DNA from: Treponemataceae bacterium | Lineage (GTDB): Bacteria > Spirochaetota > Spirochaetia > Treponematales > Rectinemataceae | NCBI GenBank assembly: GCA_963677895.2 | Contig: CAXXGJ010000006.1 | Span: 32,001 to 96,000, forward strand | DNA length: 64,000 bases | Direction: 5' to 3' | In this document: positions 9,483 to 20,051 of the stretch, one piece after another | How the letters are laid out: every line of letters begins with the position of its first letter | Numbering within the stretch: the stretch's first letter is position 1 | Translations under genes and position numbers: made by a program | Notes under the pieces: generated by a model | The model's database searches: none | The model's input: only the letters and a program-made list of their open reading frames with translations | Told to the model about the DNA's origin: nothing

Positions 9483-10020
9483 CCTGAGCGTCGGGAAGGA
9501 GGCAATGGAAGAAGGAATTAGGAATTTGAAAGCTTTTTGTGGTGCCGCGGCGAGAGTATAGCGTTAAAGTCACGATATCGCCTTCGGCAAGGCAAGCGGC
9601 GTATTTCCCCAGATCGTCGAGCCCCAGCAGGAAGGTCACGGTAGCCTCGGAGCTGCCGTTATCCAGGTTCCTGATTTTCGTCATCCCGATCATGCTCAGA
9701 CGACAATCGGAGGGGAAAAGCCATTCCAGTTCGCCGGAGAGCGAAAAATCGCCATCGCTGACGATGGTCACCATCAATGCCTTGAGATTGAAGGATTCGG
9801 ACAGGCTGGCGCTTAGCATGACCTTGGAAATATCGCTGGCCGATACCGCGAAATCGTCCCTGACGGAGAGAAGTGGGGGATCCCTGTCGAGTTTCTCGAA
9901 AAATATGCTATGGAGGGTCTTGTCTACCAGAACTTCCGCGATGGCCGCTTTCTGGGCGAAACAAATAGATCCAAGGCAAAAAAATAGGATGAAGGCGCAA
10001 AAGGCGACATTTTTTCTCAT
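9475..10020 (-). CDS. Hypothetical exported protein
   Basis: 181 aa with signal peptide; overlaps the start of the wecA-like gene; no family recognised. Confidence 0.65.
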   Translation of the reverse strand: MRKNVAFCAFILFFCLGSICFAQKAAIAEVLVDKTLHSIFFEKLDRDPPLLSVRDDFAVSASDISKVMLSASLSESFNLKALMVTIVSDGDFSLSGELEWLFPSDCRLSMIGMTKIRNLDNGSSEATVTFLLGLDDLGKYAACLAEGDIVTLTLYSRRGTTKSFQIPNSFFHCLLPDAQVG

Positions 10021-10153
10021 ACGTTTTAAGAATAAAGATTTTCAAACTTTTTTAATTATTGAACATCTAAACTGTTTTTATATATGAATAATCTTATCCC
10101 TTTCCTCCCGTGGAAATAACTTTAAATCCAGTTTCCATAAACCGTCAAGCTAA

Positions 10154-11389
10154 TTATCTCTTGTTCATTATTTTTCGCCGTTTCTTCTCTCCCGAGAACT
10201 TTGCCCTGACTTCGGGATCGGAAAGGAGCTTGCCGAAGGCGTCGAGCACGAAGGCGAGGAGAACGGAGAGGAATCCGCCGGCCATGGTGCCGACCACGCA
10301 GATCATTGCCCTGGAGGGTTCGCTCTTCTTTTCGGGCGGGATAGCCCTGTCTATAACCTCGACGAAGACTTTTTCGGTGGCGTCCTGCAGCTTCATGCTT
10401 TCGAGGCTGGAAAGAAGGGTGCCATAGACTTTCGTGGCGAGCTCCAGTTCGGCGGTGAGATTCGCGTACTCCATGAGGGCGGCCGGCGTTTCGCTCATCG
10501 AGGGTCCCACCCCGCCGCCAGTTTTCTCGAAATCGGCCATTTGTTTCTTGATTTCGTCGAGCTGCGTCTTGGCGGAAACCACCTTGGGGTTGTCCGACGA
10601 GAGGGCGCTCTCGAGACGGGAAATCTCAATTTCCAAGGTCATCTTTCGCTGAATCAGCGCTTGATAGAGCTGCAAGCCGCTCGTGCTCTGGGCCTGAGGC
10701 TGGACGAATTTGTTTTTCTTCTGGTAGGCAGTGAGCTTGTTCTGGGCCGCGCGGACTTTCTGCTCCTGCTCGGTAGCCTGCTGCTCGAGGAGGATAATGT
10801 TTTTTCCGCTCGAAGAAAGCACCCTGTCCGCAAGATCCTTTTGGATCATGTCCAGGGCGCCGTTCGCTATGGCGCTGGAGAGCGTGGCACTCTTGGTCTT
10901 AACAATGATCTTCATCACGCCGGTTTTAGCGTCGGTAGATACCGACAGGACATCTTTCCGCAAAGATTCCACCGCGGCTCCCATCGGCGTGCCCTTTTTG
11001 ATTTTTTCCGGATGCTCAATGAGGACGGGAATGAGATTGAGCTCGGCAACAAGGTTTTCGGTGAAGCTACGGCTCTTGAGAATAGCCTCTATCTTTATGG
11101 CAGGATCATTGGAACTTCCGCCAGGCACGCTCACCCCCGCCATCGCGGCAAGGCCCGCATACTGGGAGAGCAGGGATGAGGAGGATCCCGATATCGGCAG
11201 CACCGTGGCGGAGGCTGTAAACATATTGGGCTGCAGGAGGGCGTAGACCACCGACAGAACCGCCGCCGCCGCCGTGACGGCCACGATGAGCAGCTTGCGC
11301 CGCCACAGCGTGGCGGCGAGATCCACGAGACTGATCTCGTCGTCGCTCCCGGTGGCCGGTGCCTTATTTTCCATTTCGTTGTCGGACAT
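10154..11389 (-). CDS. wzz: Polysaccharide co-polymerase (Wzz/GumC-type, no kinase domain)
   Basis: DEISLVDL...TM1, coiled-coil periplasmic region, VIDRAIPPEKKSEPSRA Pro-rich motif before TM2. Confidence 0.85.
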   Translation of the reverse strand: MSDNEMENKAPATGSDDEISLVDLAATLWRRKLLIVAVTAAAAVLSVVYALLQPNMFTASATVLPISGSSSSLLSQYAGLAAMAGVSVPGGSSNDPAIKIEAILKSRSFTENLVAELNLIPVLIEHPEKIKKGTPMGAAVESLRKDVLSVSTDAKTGVMKIIVKTKSATLSSAIANGALDMIQKDLADRVLSSSGKNIILLEQQATEQEQKVRAAQNKLTAYQKKNKFVQPQAQSTSGLQLYQALIQRKMTLEIEISRLESALSSDNPKVVSAKTQLDEIKKQMADFEKTGGGVGPSMSETPAALMEYANLTAELELATKVYGTLLSSLESMKLQDATEKVFVEVIDRAIPPEKKSEPSRAMICVVGTMAGGFLSVLLAFVLDAFGKLLSDPEVRAKFSGEKKRRKIMNKR

Positions 11390-11402
11390 AGAAGCTCCTC
11401 GC

Positions 11403-14400
11403 TCAGAGACCCAGGAGGGAAACAGTGCTCATGACGGTGTACATGATCTTATACCCCGAGTCGATAATATCCTTGAAGAAACCCCAGCCCACGTTGATCT
11501 TGGAGGACTTCGCCACGACAACGACCGTATCGCCCGGGTAGAGCTCAAACTTGAGGATGCTCGGCCTGAAGAAGAGGAAACCCTTGCCCTCGGTGCTGTC
11601 CAGCTTGCCCGACGCGCGCATTATATAGGTTTTCTGGAGATCCGCGTTGTTCGAAAGCCAACCGGATTCGGCGATGGCCTGGCGAACCGTCAGCCCATCC
11701 CTGAAAGCCACGACATTCTGGTCCGATACTTCACCCGACACAAGAACATAGGTAGGAGTAGTCGGCACGAAGATGAGATCGTCGCGCTCCAAGACGACGT
11801 TGGAGGAGGAGCGGGCAAGCTCCTCGATAGAGGGAGGAATATCGATGGAAATCCTGCCGAAGCCGTCTTTGTACATTTGCTTGAGACTGCCCAACCTGGC
11901 CCGCTGCACGGCGAGGTCAATCTGAAGGTTGGCCACGACGGCGGCGGCGGAGCTAAGAGCGGTATCGGTCGAATTAGGCAGGGCATTTCCCGCTCCCGTG
12001 ACGGCTTCAAGCTGGGAAATGATGCGGTCCACCTGCTTCTTCTGGTTTTCCGCGGCGGTTCGTCGTATGAGGATGATGCCCTTGGGATAAGCCCGGGGGT
12101 CATAGCCGCCGGCGGACTGGAGGGCGTCGGCAAGCCTCATGCCGCTGACGAACTCGATGGACTGAGGCGCCTGGACGGCTCCCCGCACCGTCACTATCGG
12201 CAGATTCTCCTCCGGAAGAAGCTGCTTGAAGGAAATGGCGTCCCCGGGCTGGAGCACCAGCTGGGTGGCGGACTGACGCTTGAGATATTCCTCAAGATAG
12301 ATATTCAGGGTTTCGCCGTTCGTTCTGGTGACAACGGCCTTGAGCGAAGATAAATCTATCTTCAGCTTCACCGAGCGGAGAACCTGGGAAAATTCCATAT
12401 TGTCATAGTAGGGAATAACCTTAGGCTCCTGGACTTCACCCGAAGCAGTCACGGGAAGCTTATTGTATTTGGGATAGAAGATGACGTTGTCGCGGGGCTG
12501 GAGTTCGACATCGGTCCGACCCTGGACAATATTGGATGGGGAGAAACTCAGAATGGTCTCGGAATCCATGCTGCGACGCCGGACTTCGGCGTAGGACGTA
12601 TCGGTCTCGATGAGAAGATCATCCTCTGCCAGGATATGGGAGAGCCGCAAGCCCTCGTACCAGGCATAGCGGCCGGGATATCGCGTGGTGCCCTTTATGA
12701 GCACCGTGTCGGGATTGCGGGAAAAATCGTAGGTCTGGGTTCTTTCGTCGGCCGGAATAAGCCTTATGATGTCACGAGGGAATATTCTTTCATCCTGCAA
12801 ACCCACAAGGACGGCGTAAGGACTGAAGGTTTTGTACTCTATCCGCCCTCCCATGATCCAGCGTTCGATTTCCGCGAAATAAAGATAGGTTGTGCTGATG
12901 ACCTGTTCCGGCGTGATGATCTCGGAAAGAAGCTTGGGCGAGTCGGTCGAATAGAGACCGGTACGTCGGGCTGATCCCACCACGGCGTAGGCATTGCCGA
13001 AGTGATCGAAGTCGGGTTTTTCAGGAAGATAGCCGACATTGACGAAGCGAATCCAATCCTGTGCCCTGAGATCCATATCCACCTTACCGGCGAGCACCTC
13101 GCGCGGCGAGAAACTCTTGAATTCCCAGCCTCCGTCGGGCTTTCTCCGGGTGAGCTCAGCATAATCGAGATTGGTTTCCTGGAGTATCTGCTCGGAAGTG
13201 ACCACGGAGGAGAGTTTGAGCGTTGGGGTACGGGCGTAGGGACCGACATAGCGAATAACCCCGGTTACATTGACGATTTCAAGGAAGAATCCGACATCGG
13301 GGGATATATCGGATGAGCTTGGCGCGGAAGGCTCTCCCCCCATGGGAGGCGCCGCAGGCAACGTCGCGGACGATGGCGATGCCGCAGCCGGTTGAGCCTC
13401 GACCGATGCCTCCGGTATCTTCCCGTTCTGCGTTCCGTTGCGGACGGGACCCAAGGTCTGGCTTTGAACGGGCGGAGAGAGGGTCGAATAGTATTGGATG
13501 ATATCTCTGGGCTGCAGTTCGATATCGAAAACACCGGATCCCACTTCCCTAGGGGCGAAGGTAATCGTTTGCTTTTTGCCGCCCTTGAGAGGCCTGACTA
13601 TTTCGGCATAGACCTGATTCATGATCAGAAGGGGCTTTACCATGGCCTGAACGGACGAAAGCTTCATGCTTTTCTTCCAGGCGAAGATGCCGGAGAACTG
13701 GGCGGGTCCCGTAACCAGGATGGCTTCGGGATAACGATCGAAGTCGGGCATTTCGGGTCTGTAATTGACCGTCACGAGCCTAATCTGATCTCGGGGACCA
13801 AGAGCAAGGTCCCATTCACCGCTTATCACCTCTCCGGGCCTGAAGGTCAGGTACTCATTCTTCCCGTCGGCTTTGAGCCTCATTATCTCGGCGTAGTTGA
13901 GGTTCGTGTCCAGCAGCATCTGATCCTTCGTCAATAGCGCAGACAACTTCATGCCGGGGCGTAGCGCGAATACCTCGGGCCGCGCCACCTGGCCTATGAG
14001 CTGGACCAGATCGGCGAACATCTCGATATTCGCGGCGGCAAGCGTTCCACCGAACGTGGTCTTCTTTACGAGTCGGATGGAATCCTTGGCGCGAAGCGCG
14101 AGGTCGAACTTCCTCTCCAGCACGTCCTTAGGAGCGAAGGTGCGGTATTCATGGCTGCCATCATCCCTGAGCCTCGTCAGTTCGGCGTAGTCCAGGTTCG
14201 TCTCTTCCAGCATCTGGTCGGCGGTGATCACCGAGGAAATCATCAGGGTAGGAGTCCGAGCCCAGGGACCGCTGTAGCGAACCGCGCCGGAGACCGTCAC
14301 CACTTCGAGGAAACGGCCCAGGTCGGCGGGGACTTCGGCGGAAGGCGTTTCAGCAGGAACCACAGCGGCCTCCGCTACCACGGGTGTCGCGGCCATAGAC

Positions 14401-17400
14401 GCCGCGGGCGGCGTTTCAGCGCCCTGCTTTACGAGGGCCGTGGGAACCGTCGTATAGAGACGAACGGAGTCCCTGGCTTTCAGTGAAAGGTCGAAGATCC
14501 CGGAGGCCACCTCCTTCGGGGAGAAGGTGAGATATTCGAATGTGTCGCCACCCAAGGGGCGTACAACTTCTGCATATACCTGATTGATCACGAGCGACGG
14601 CTTGGCTTTCGCGAGCAGGCTTGAAAGCCTCATGTCCTCGCGCCAGGCATAAAGGCCCGCGAACTGGGCCGGGCCGCTCAACTGAACGGCGTTGACAAAG
14701 CGGTCCAGGTCTTGTACCGCGGGGGCATAACCCACTTTAACAAGTTTGATCACGTCGCGCGGACCAAGGTCGAAATCCCAGGAACCGTCGAGAACCTCGG
14801 AAGGTCTGAAGGTTATGTACTCGTTCTTTCCATCGGTCTTGAGCCGTGTTATCTCGGCGTAGTTGAGGTTCGTGTCGAGAAGAATCTGGTCTCTCGTGAG
14901 CACATTGGATAGCTTCATATCCGGGCGAAGCGCGAACAATTCGGGACGGGCCGCCGCGCCGATCAACTGCACCAGGGCGGAAAACTTGTCCAAATTGGGT
15001 TGCGCTATGAGGCCGCCGAACGCGGTTTTTTTATAGAAGCCGATCGAGTCCCTGGCGCGGAGCGCGAGATCGAAGGTTCCTTCCACAACGTCGCGCGGCG
15101 CGAAGGTGATATACTCGTAATTTCCATCTTGTTTCAGGCGAGTAAGCTCGGCATACTCGAGATTCGTCTCCTCCAACAGCTGTTCCGACGTGACGATCGA
15201 GGACAAGTTCAACTGGGGCGTCCGCGCGTAGGGACCTGTGTAGCGAATAGAACCCGCGACCTGGACAACTTCGAGGGGGCGCGTCAGATCGATGCCAGTC
15301 GTCCCTTCGCCCGCTTCGGGGGCTTCAGGAGTCGGGAATGCGGGCACGCCATCGGCCAATGCCTCGACGGACAACAATCCCGAACTTCCCTCCGGAGCGA
15401 CTTTTTCGCCTTCCTTCGCTCCCGGTTTCGAAGCCAGGGCAGGGGCCGAAGTGAAGAGTTTGATCACATCTTTGGGCTTCAGTTCGACATCGAAGGCGCC
15501 GGAAGCGATTTCCCTCGGCGCGAAGGTGACATATTCGAAGCGGCCACCGCCCAGGGGACGGGCAACCTCGGCGTAGTAACGGTTCGTGTCCATACGCAGC
15601 GCGGCCAAGGACAGTATGGAGGAGAGCGTCGTGCCTTCCCTCCACGCGTACAAACCTCCGAAACGGACGGCGCCCTGAACCTGCACGGCATTGGCGTAGC
15701 GGTCGAAATCGGGCGTCGCGAGATTGTATCCCACCTTGAAGAAACGCACTACATCGCGAGGTCCCAGATCGAAATCCCAGTCGCCGGAGAGCAACTCTCC
15801 CGGCCTGAAGGTGAAGTACTCATCCTTGCCGTCGGCTTTGTAACGCTGTATCTCTGCGTAATTCCGGTTGGTGTCCAGAAGAAGTTGGTCTTCTGAAAGC
15901 AGTGCGGAGAGTTTCATGCCCGGGAGAAGGGCATAGACTTCCGGCCTCGCGATTTGACCCGTCAATTGCACCACATCGGAAAATTTCTGCACATTGGTGG
16001 GGCTGAGCTTGCCGCCGAAAAGGGTCTTTTTGGCGAATCTGATGGCATCGCGGGCCTTAAGCTCCAGATCATAGGTATGTGTCAAGACTTCACGCGGGGA
16101 AAAGGTGAAGAATTCATAGCTGCCGTCTTCCCGAAGACGGGTCAATTCGGCGTAGTCGAGGTTGGTTTCCTCGAGGATTTGGTCCGGGGCAATGATGGAA
16201 GAGAGTTTCAGCGACGGCGTTCTGGCGTAAGGCCCAATATAACGGACCGAGCCGGTTACGGTCACCACTTCCAGGAAGCGCTCCAAGTCGGCGCCCTGGA
16301 TGGCCTCTCCCTCGGATTGGGCGTTCTGAACGGACTGGATCACCACATCGGCCGATCCCGAAAGGTCGGGAGCGTTGTCGGCTCCCTGGTCGGCGGGGGA
16401 AGCCTGCGCCGACAGGGTCGCGCTATCGGCTGCCTTATTCTTTTCGTCGCTTCCCTCTTCGGCCGAAAGCTTTACACCCAAGGCCGCGATTGGCGGAGCC
16501 GTGGAGAAAAGCCGTACGGAATCTTTAGCCTTGAGTTCGACATCAAAGATAACGGACTCCACTTCGCGGGGGGCGAAGGTCTTGTACTCATAGCGGCCAC
16601 CGTCCAGGGGGCGCACTATTTCGGCGTAGTAGCGGTTGGCGGAGAGGCGAAGGAGGGCGCGGGAAAAAAGCGAAGAAAGCTTCATTCCCTCGCGCCAGGC
16701 GTAGAGTCCGGAAAACTGCACAGGCCCGGTTATCTGCACGGCTTTCGAGAAGCGGTCGAAGTCGGGCGCGGCGGGGCTGAATCCCACCTTGACGAGCTTA
16801 ATCACGTCGCGGGGGCCAAGCTCAAAATCGCGCGAACCGGAGAGGATTTCCTCCGGCGTGAAGGTGAAGTATTCGTTCTTGCCATCGACGGCAAGACGTA
16901 TAATTTCGGCATAGTTGAGATTGGTATCCAGAAGGATCTGGTCCCGGGTGAGGATTTCCGAAAGCTTCATCCCCGGATGAAGCGCGTAGACTTCGGGAAG
17001 GAGAATCTGCCCGCTCAGGAGCACGGCCTGGGGAAAGCGGTTGAAATTGTGCAGCTTCGCTTCGGTCCCGCGCTTCGCGAAACGGATTCTATCCAGCGGG
17101 GAGAGCGTGAAGTCGGTTTCTCCCGAAAGCACCACGTCGGGGGAAAAGGTGAAGTACTCCTCGGCGCCCGAGGCAGTCTTGCGGGCAATTTCGGCATACC
17201 AGCGGTTGGCATCCAAGGTGAGGGCATTGTCGGCCATGAGTTTAGAGAGAGTTATGCCATCCCTATAGAGGTAAAACCCGGGATACTTCACGGGACCTGA
17301 CACCACCAAGGTGGCGGGGAAGCGGTCGAAATCGGGATCGATCTTCGTGTCGTCGTAACGATAGAGGACGACGCGGTCGAACTCGGCAAGGGGTATATCC

Positions 17401-18776
17401 TTACCCATTAAAACATCGGAGGGAGCGAAGGCGAAGGATTTGTCCCTGCCAGAGGGATCCATCCGGTAAACCCTGCCGTAGAACAGGTTGGTTTCGGCGA
17501 GAATCTGGGATTTATCCAGAACGCTCTTCAGACTGGGGAAGGACTTTACATCGTAACGACCGGCGTACTTTACCGGGCCGGAAATCTGGGTTTGGCCGAT
17601 GAGAAGATCGCTCACCTTACCGAAAAGCAGAAAGTCGCCATCGGTGGCCAGGCCCGAAGCGAAGGTTTTATCCGAGAGATCGCCGCTCGAGAGCGTCTTA
17701 CCCGCTTCACCGAAACGTAGCAAGGTAACGGCGGCCGAACGGGCCGAGGGAAGAGAACCACCCGCGAGGCTAAGGGCGGAGGCGATGCTCATATCGCCCT
17801 TCAATTCGTAGATGCCTGGCCGCTTCAACTCCCCGGAGAGGGAAACTACGGGGCCTATCCCCGGGACGAAGATGGAATCGCCTTCGCGAACGCGCAGATC
17901 CACCGATTTACCGCCCACGAGGGTGTCGTAGAAATCCAATTCCACCTTCTCGAGATCGTTCTTCCCCTGCCGCGTTACGAGAATATTCCTCAAGCTTCCC
18001 GTCTTCTTGATACCCCCGGCCCTGGAGAGAATGGTAGCGACCGTATCGGCACCGGAAGCCAATACCGTGCCCGGACTGCCGGCGAAGCCGGTGACATAGA
18101 CGGGAAACTGTCTCAAGGTAGACAGCGTGAGGCTCATCTCGAGTTTCTTGTAGCGCTTGTCGAGGAGGGTCTTGATCAAGCTTCGCACGTGGCCGAGATC
18201 CTGGCCCCAGACGGAAAGCTGGCCAGCGGGAGGAATGAAGGCAAAGCCATTGCGGTCCACCGTAATCGTATAGGAAGCGGAAATCTCCTTGAGGTCGACA
18301 GGATCGCCCCAGAGATAGAGGACGAAGCTGTCGCCCGGGCCTAGCGTGTAGTCATCGCCGATGGAGGCGAGGGATGGGGCGGTAGGCTTGTCGAAAAGCG
18401 AATAGCCAAATTGGACTTGATCGGTCGCGGAGCCGCCCAAGGCTAAAGCCATCGAGGAGAACATACGCTCAAGGGGGGATACTCCCGCGGGCGTACCCGT
18501 TGCGGCGGCGACGCTGGAAACCACCGATTGGTTCGCGACAGTTAAATTCTTGATCTCCGGTTCCGTTTTGCCAACCATCGGAGCCGCTCCCTGGTTTTGG
18601 GCTGAGATAATCTGGGCCAAGGTAGCCGCGTCCAGACCCTGAAGATCGGCCGACAACGGCGCGGCAGCGGCGCCCGTCGCGGTAAGGCTTGTTTGGGCAT
18701 AAAGCGGCATACCGGCAGTACACAGCAAAAGCACACACCATAAAAAAGCCGCGATTATTTTCTGAATCTTCCGCAC
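11403..18776 (-). CDS. Giant polysaccharide export protein (Wza/KpsD-type poly_export domain plus about 21 SLBB repeats), 2457 aa
   Basis: Start re-placed at GTG 18776 (AGGGG RBS, then a signal peptide); DYTLGPGD...VDRNG poly_export motif; repeated V-x-G-x-V-x-x-P/G beta-grasp units; amphipathic C-terminal helix. Confidence 0.9.
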   Translation of the reverse strand: MRKIQKIIAAFLWCVLLLCTAGMPLYAQTSLTATGAAAAPLSADLQGLDAATLAQIISAQNQGAAPMVGKTEPEIKNLTVANQSVVSSVAAATGTPAGVSPLERMFSSMALALGGSATDQVQFGYSLFDKPTAPSLASIGDDYTLGPGDSFVLYLWGDPVDLKEISASYTITVDRNGFAFIPPAGQLSVWGQDLGHVRSLIKTLLDKRYKKLEMSLTLSTLRQFPVYVTGFAGSPGTVLASGADTVATILSRAGGIKKTGSLRNILVTRQGKNDLEKVELDFYDTLVGGKSVDLRVREGDSIFVPGIGPVVSLSGELKRPGIYELKGDMSIASALSLAGGSLPSARSAAVTLLRFGEAGKTLSSGDLSDKTFASGLATDGDFLLFGKVSDLLIGQTQISGPVKYAGRYDVKSFPSLKSVLDKSQILAETNLFYGRVYRMDPSGRDKSFAFAPSDVLMGKDIPLAEFDRVVLYRYDDTKIDPDFDRFPATLVVSGPVKYPGFYLYRDGITLSKLMADNALTLDANRWYAEIARKTASGAEEYFTFSPDVVLSGETDFTLSPLDRIRFAKRGTEAKLHNFNRFPQAVLLSGQILLPEVYALHPGMKLSEILTRDQILLDTNLNYAEIIRLAVDGKNEYFTFTPEEILSGSRDFELGPRDVIKLVKVGFSPAAPDFDRFSKAVQITGPVQFSGLYAWREGMKLSSLFSRALLRLSANRYYAEIVRPLDGGRYEYKTFAPREVESVIFDVELKAKDSVRLFSTAPPIAALGVKLSAEEGSDEKNKAADSATLSAQASPADQGADNAPDLSGSADVVIQSVQNAQSEGEAIQGADLERFLEVVTVTGSVRYIGPYARTPSLKLSSIIAPDQILEETNLDYAELTRLREDGSYEFFTFSPREVLTHTYDLELKARDAIRFAKKTLFGGKLSPTNVQKFSDVVQLTGQIARPEVYALLPGMKLSALLSEDQLLLDTNRNYAEIQRYKADGKDEYFTFRPGELLSGDWDFDLGPRDVVRFFKVGYNLATPDFDRYANAVQVQGAVRFGGLYAWREGTTLSSILSLAALRMDTNRYYAEVARPLGGGRFEYVTFAPREIASGAFDVELKPKDVIKLFTSAPALASKPGAKEGEKVAPEGSSGLLSVEALADGVPAFPTPEAPEAGEGTTGIDLTRPLEVVQVAGSIRYTGPYARTPQLNLSSIVTSEQLLEETNLEYAELTRLKQDGNYEYITFAPRDVVEGTFDLALRARDSIGFYKKTAFGGLIAQPNLDKFSALVQLIGAAARPELFALRPDMKLSNVLTRDQILLDTNLNYAEITRLKTDGKNEYITFRPSEVLDGSWDFDLGPRDVIKLVKVGYAPAVQDLDRFVNAVQLSGPAQFAGLYAWREDMRLSSLLAKAKPSLVINQVYAEVVRPLGGDTFEYLTFSPKEVASGIFDLSLKARDSVRLYTTVPTALVKQGAETPPAASMAATPVVAEAAVVPAETPSAEVPADLGRFLEVVTVSGAVRYSGPWARTPTLMISSVITADQMLEETNLDYAELTRLRDDGSHEYRTFAPKDVLERKFDLALRAKDSIRLVKKTTFGGTLAAANIEMFADLVQLIGQVARPEVFALRPGMKLSALLTKDQMLLDTNLNYAEIMRLKADGKNEYLTFRPGEVISGEWDLALGPRDQIRLVTVNYRPEMPDFDRYPEAILVTGPAQFSGIFAWKKSMKLSSVQAMVKPLLIMNQVYAEIVRPLKGGKKQTITFAPREVGSGVFDIELQPRDIIQYYSTLSPPVQSQTLGPVRNGTQNGKIPEASVEAQPAAASPSSATLPAAPPMGGEPSAPSSSDISPDVGFFLEIVNVTGVIRYVGPYARTPTLKLSSVVTSEQILQETNLDYAELTRRKPDGGWEFKSFSPREVLAGKVDMDLRAQDWIRFVNVGYLPEKPDFDHFGNAYAVVGSARRTGLYSTDSPKLLSEIITPEQVISTTYLYFAEIERWIMGGRIEYKTFSPYAVLVGLQDERIFPRDIIRLIPADERTQTYDFSRNPDTVLIKGTTRYPGRYAWYEGLRLSHILAEDDLLIETDTSYAEVRRRSMDSETILSFSPSNIVQGRTDVELQPRDNVIFYPKYNKLPVTASGEVQEPKVIPYYDNMEFSQVLRSVKLKIDLSSLKAVVTRTNGETLNIYLEEYLKRQSATQLVLQPGDAISFKQLLPEENLPIVTVRGAVQAPQSIEFVSGMRLADALQSAGGYDPRAYPKGIILIRRTAAENQKKQVDRIISQLEAVTGAGNALPNSTDTALSSAAAVVANLQIDLAVQRARLGSLKQMYKDGFGRISIDIPPSIEELARSSSNVVLERDDLIFVPTTPTYVLVSGEVSDQNVVAFRDGLTVRQAIAESGWLSNNADLQKTYIMRASGKLDSTEGKGFLFFRPSILKFELYPGDTVVVVAKSSKINVGWGFFKDIIDSGYKIMYTVMSTVSLLGL

Positions 18777-18904
18777 TGTATCCCCTCTCCGGATTGAGAT
18801 TAGGATCTCGATAAGGCAAGCAATGCCTTGGTCGAAACAAGAATATACCACAGTAAAGAAACTATAGGGAATCGGATAAAAACGAGTCAATCTTAATATT
18901 GAGA

Positions 18905-20011
18905 TCAATTCCCTCGTGATTCATAGTTTTTTTCTATCCAATTTCTATATTCACCCGAACGCACGCGGGAACACCACCCTTTGTTGTTTAAATACCAACG
19001 CACCGTCTTTCTCAATCCATCGTCGAAAGTGAAGTGCTGCTTCCAGCCAAGTTCGGCTTTGAGTTTCGAACAATCGATGGCATAGCGACGGTCGTGACCA
19101 GGCCTATCCTTAACGTAAGTGATGAGCGCGTTCAGCGATTCGACACTCTTTCCGCTTTCTTCGGCGACAAGCTCGATGAGGCGGCGAAGGAGCGTGATAT
19201 TCTCCCATTCGTTTTCACCGCCGATATTGTAGGTTTCGCCAGCCCGGCCACGATTCATGATGGTCCACACCGCTTCATTATGGTCTTCCACATACACCCA
19301 GTCGCGGATATTCCTGCCATCGCCATAGACGGGAAGCGATTTACCTTCGAGCATGTTGAGAATCATCAATGGAATCAATTTTTCCGGGAATTGATACGGC
19401 CCATAATTGTTGGAACAGTTCGATACAGTGACAGGGAGGCCATAGGTATGGAAATAGGCTTTGGCCAGGTGATCACTCGAGGCTTTGGATGCCGAATAGG
19501 GCGAACGCGGATCGTAGGCTGTGGATTCGGTGAAATAACCCGAGTCACCCAGTGAACCGAAAACCTCGTCCGTGCTCACATGATGGAAAAGAACATCGTC
19601 ACGGGCGCCGCCCGCCGCGGCACCTGCGGCACCGACGCCCCAGGCTTTTCGCGCGACATCGAGCAACGTATAGGTGCCAAGGACATTCGTTCTGATGAAC
19701 GCTTCGGGTCCGAGAATCGAACGATCGACATGGCTTTCCGCGGCGAAATGAACCACCGTGTCGATGTCATAGTCGGTAAGGACCTTCTCGGCCAAGCTCC
19801 TGTCGCCGATATCCCCTTTGACGAAATAATACCTCGAGCCGCCGAACGCAGCATCTATATCGGCAAGGCTCTCAGGATTTCCCGCATAGGTGAGCGCATC
19901 GAAATTGATGATGCGGCCGGAGAAGTCATCCCGGGCGAAAAGCCAGTGGATGAAGTTCGAACCTATAAAACCTGAACCGCCTGTGACAAGGATAGAGGAT
20001 AATTTTCTCAT
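18905..20011 (-). CDS. rfbB: dTDP-glucose 4,6-dehydratase
   Basis: GGSGFIGS, HFAAESHVDRSI, STDEVFG, YSASKA, NNYGPYQFPEKLIP, DRPGHDRRY. Confidence 0.95.
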   Translation of the reverse strand: MRKLSSILVTGGSGFIGSNFIHWLFARDDFSGRIINFDALTYAGNPESLADIDAAFGGSRYYFVKGDIGDRSLAEKVLTDYDIDTVVHFAAESHVDRSILGPEAFIRTNVLGTYTLLDVARKAWGVGAAGAAAGGARDDVLFHHVSTDEVFGSLGDSGYFTESTAYDPRSPYSASKASSDHLAKAYFHTYGLPVTVSNCSNNYGPYQFPEKLIPLMILNMLEGKSLPVYGDGRNIRDWVYVEDHNEAVWTIMNRGRAGETYNIGGENEWENITLLRRLIELVAEESGKSVESLNALITYVKDRPGHDRRYAIDCSKLKAELGWKQHFTFDDGLRKTVRWYLNNKGWCSRVRSGEYRNWIEKNYESRGN

Positions 20012-20051
20012 TAAGATTCCTCAAAAGTTAAATATATTGGGTCAATCCCTG

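Noticed and set aside
1773..17300. Long antisense ORFs (1773-3020, 6240-7664, 11274-12353, 15000-15896, 15954-17300)
   Set aside because: They lie opposite well-supported genes in GC-rich DNA, where stop-poor shadow frames are expected.
18777..18908. 44-aa N-terminal extension of the giant export protein in the ORF track
   Set aside because: The RBS and signal peptide fit GTG 18776; the extension overlaps promoter-like sequence.
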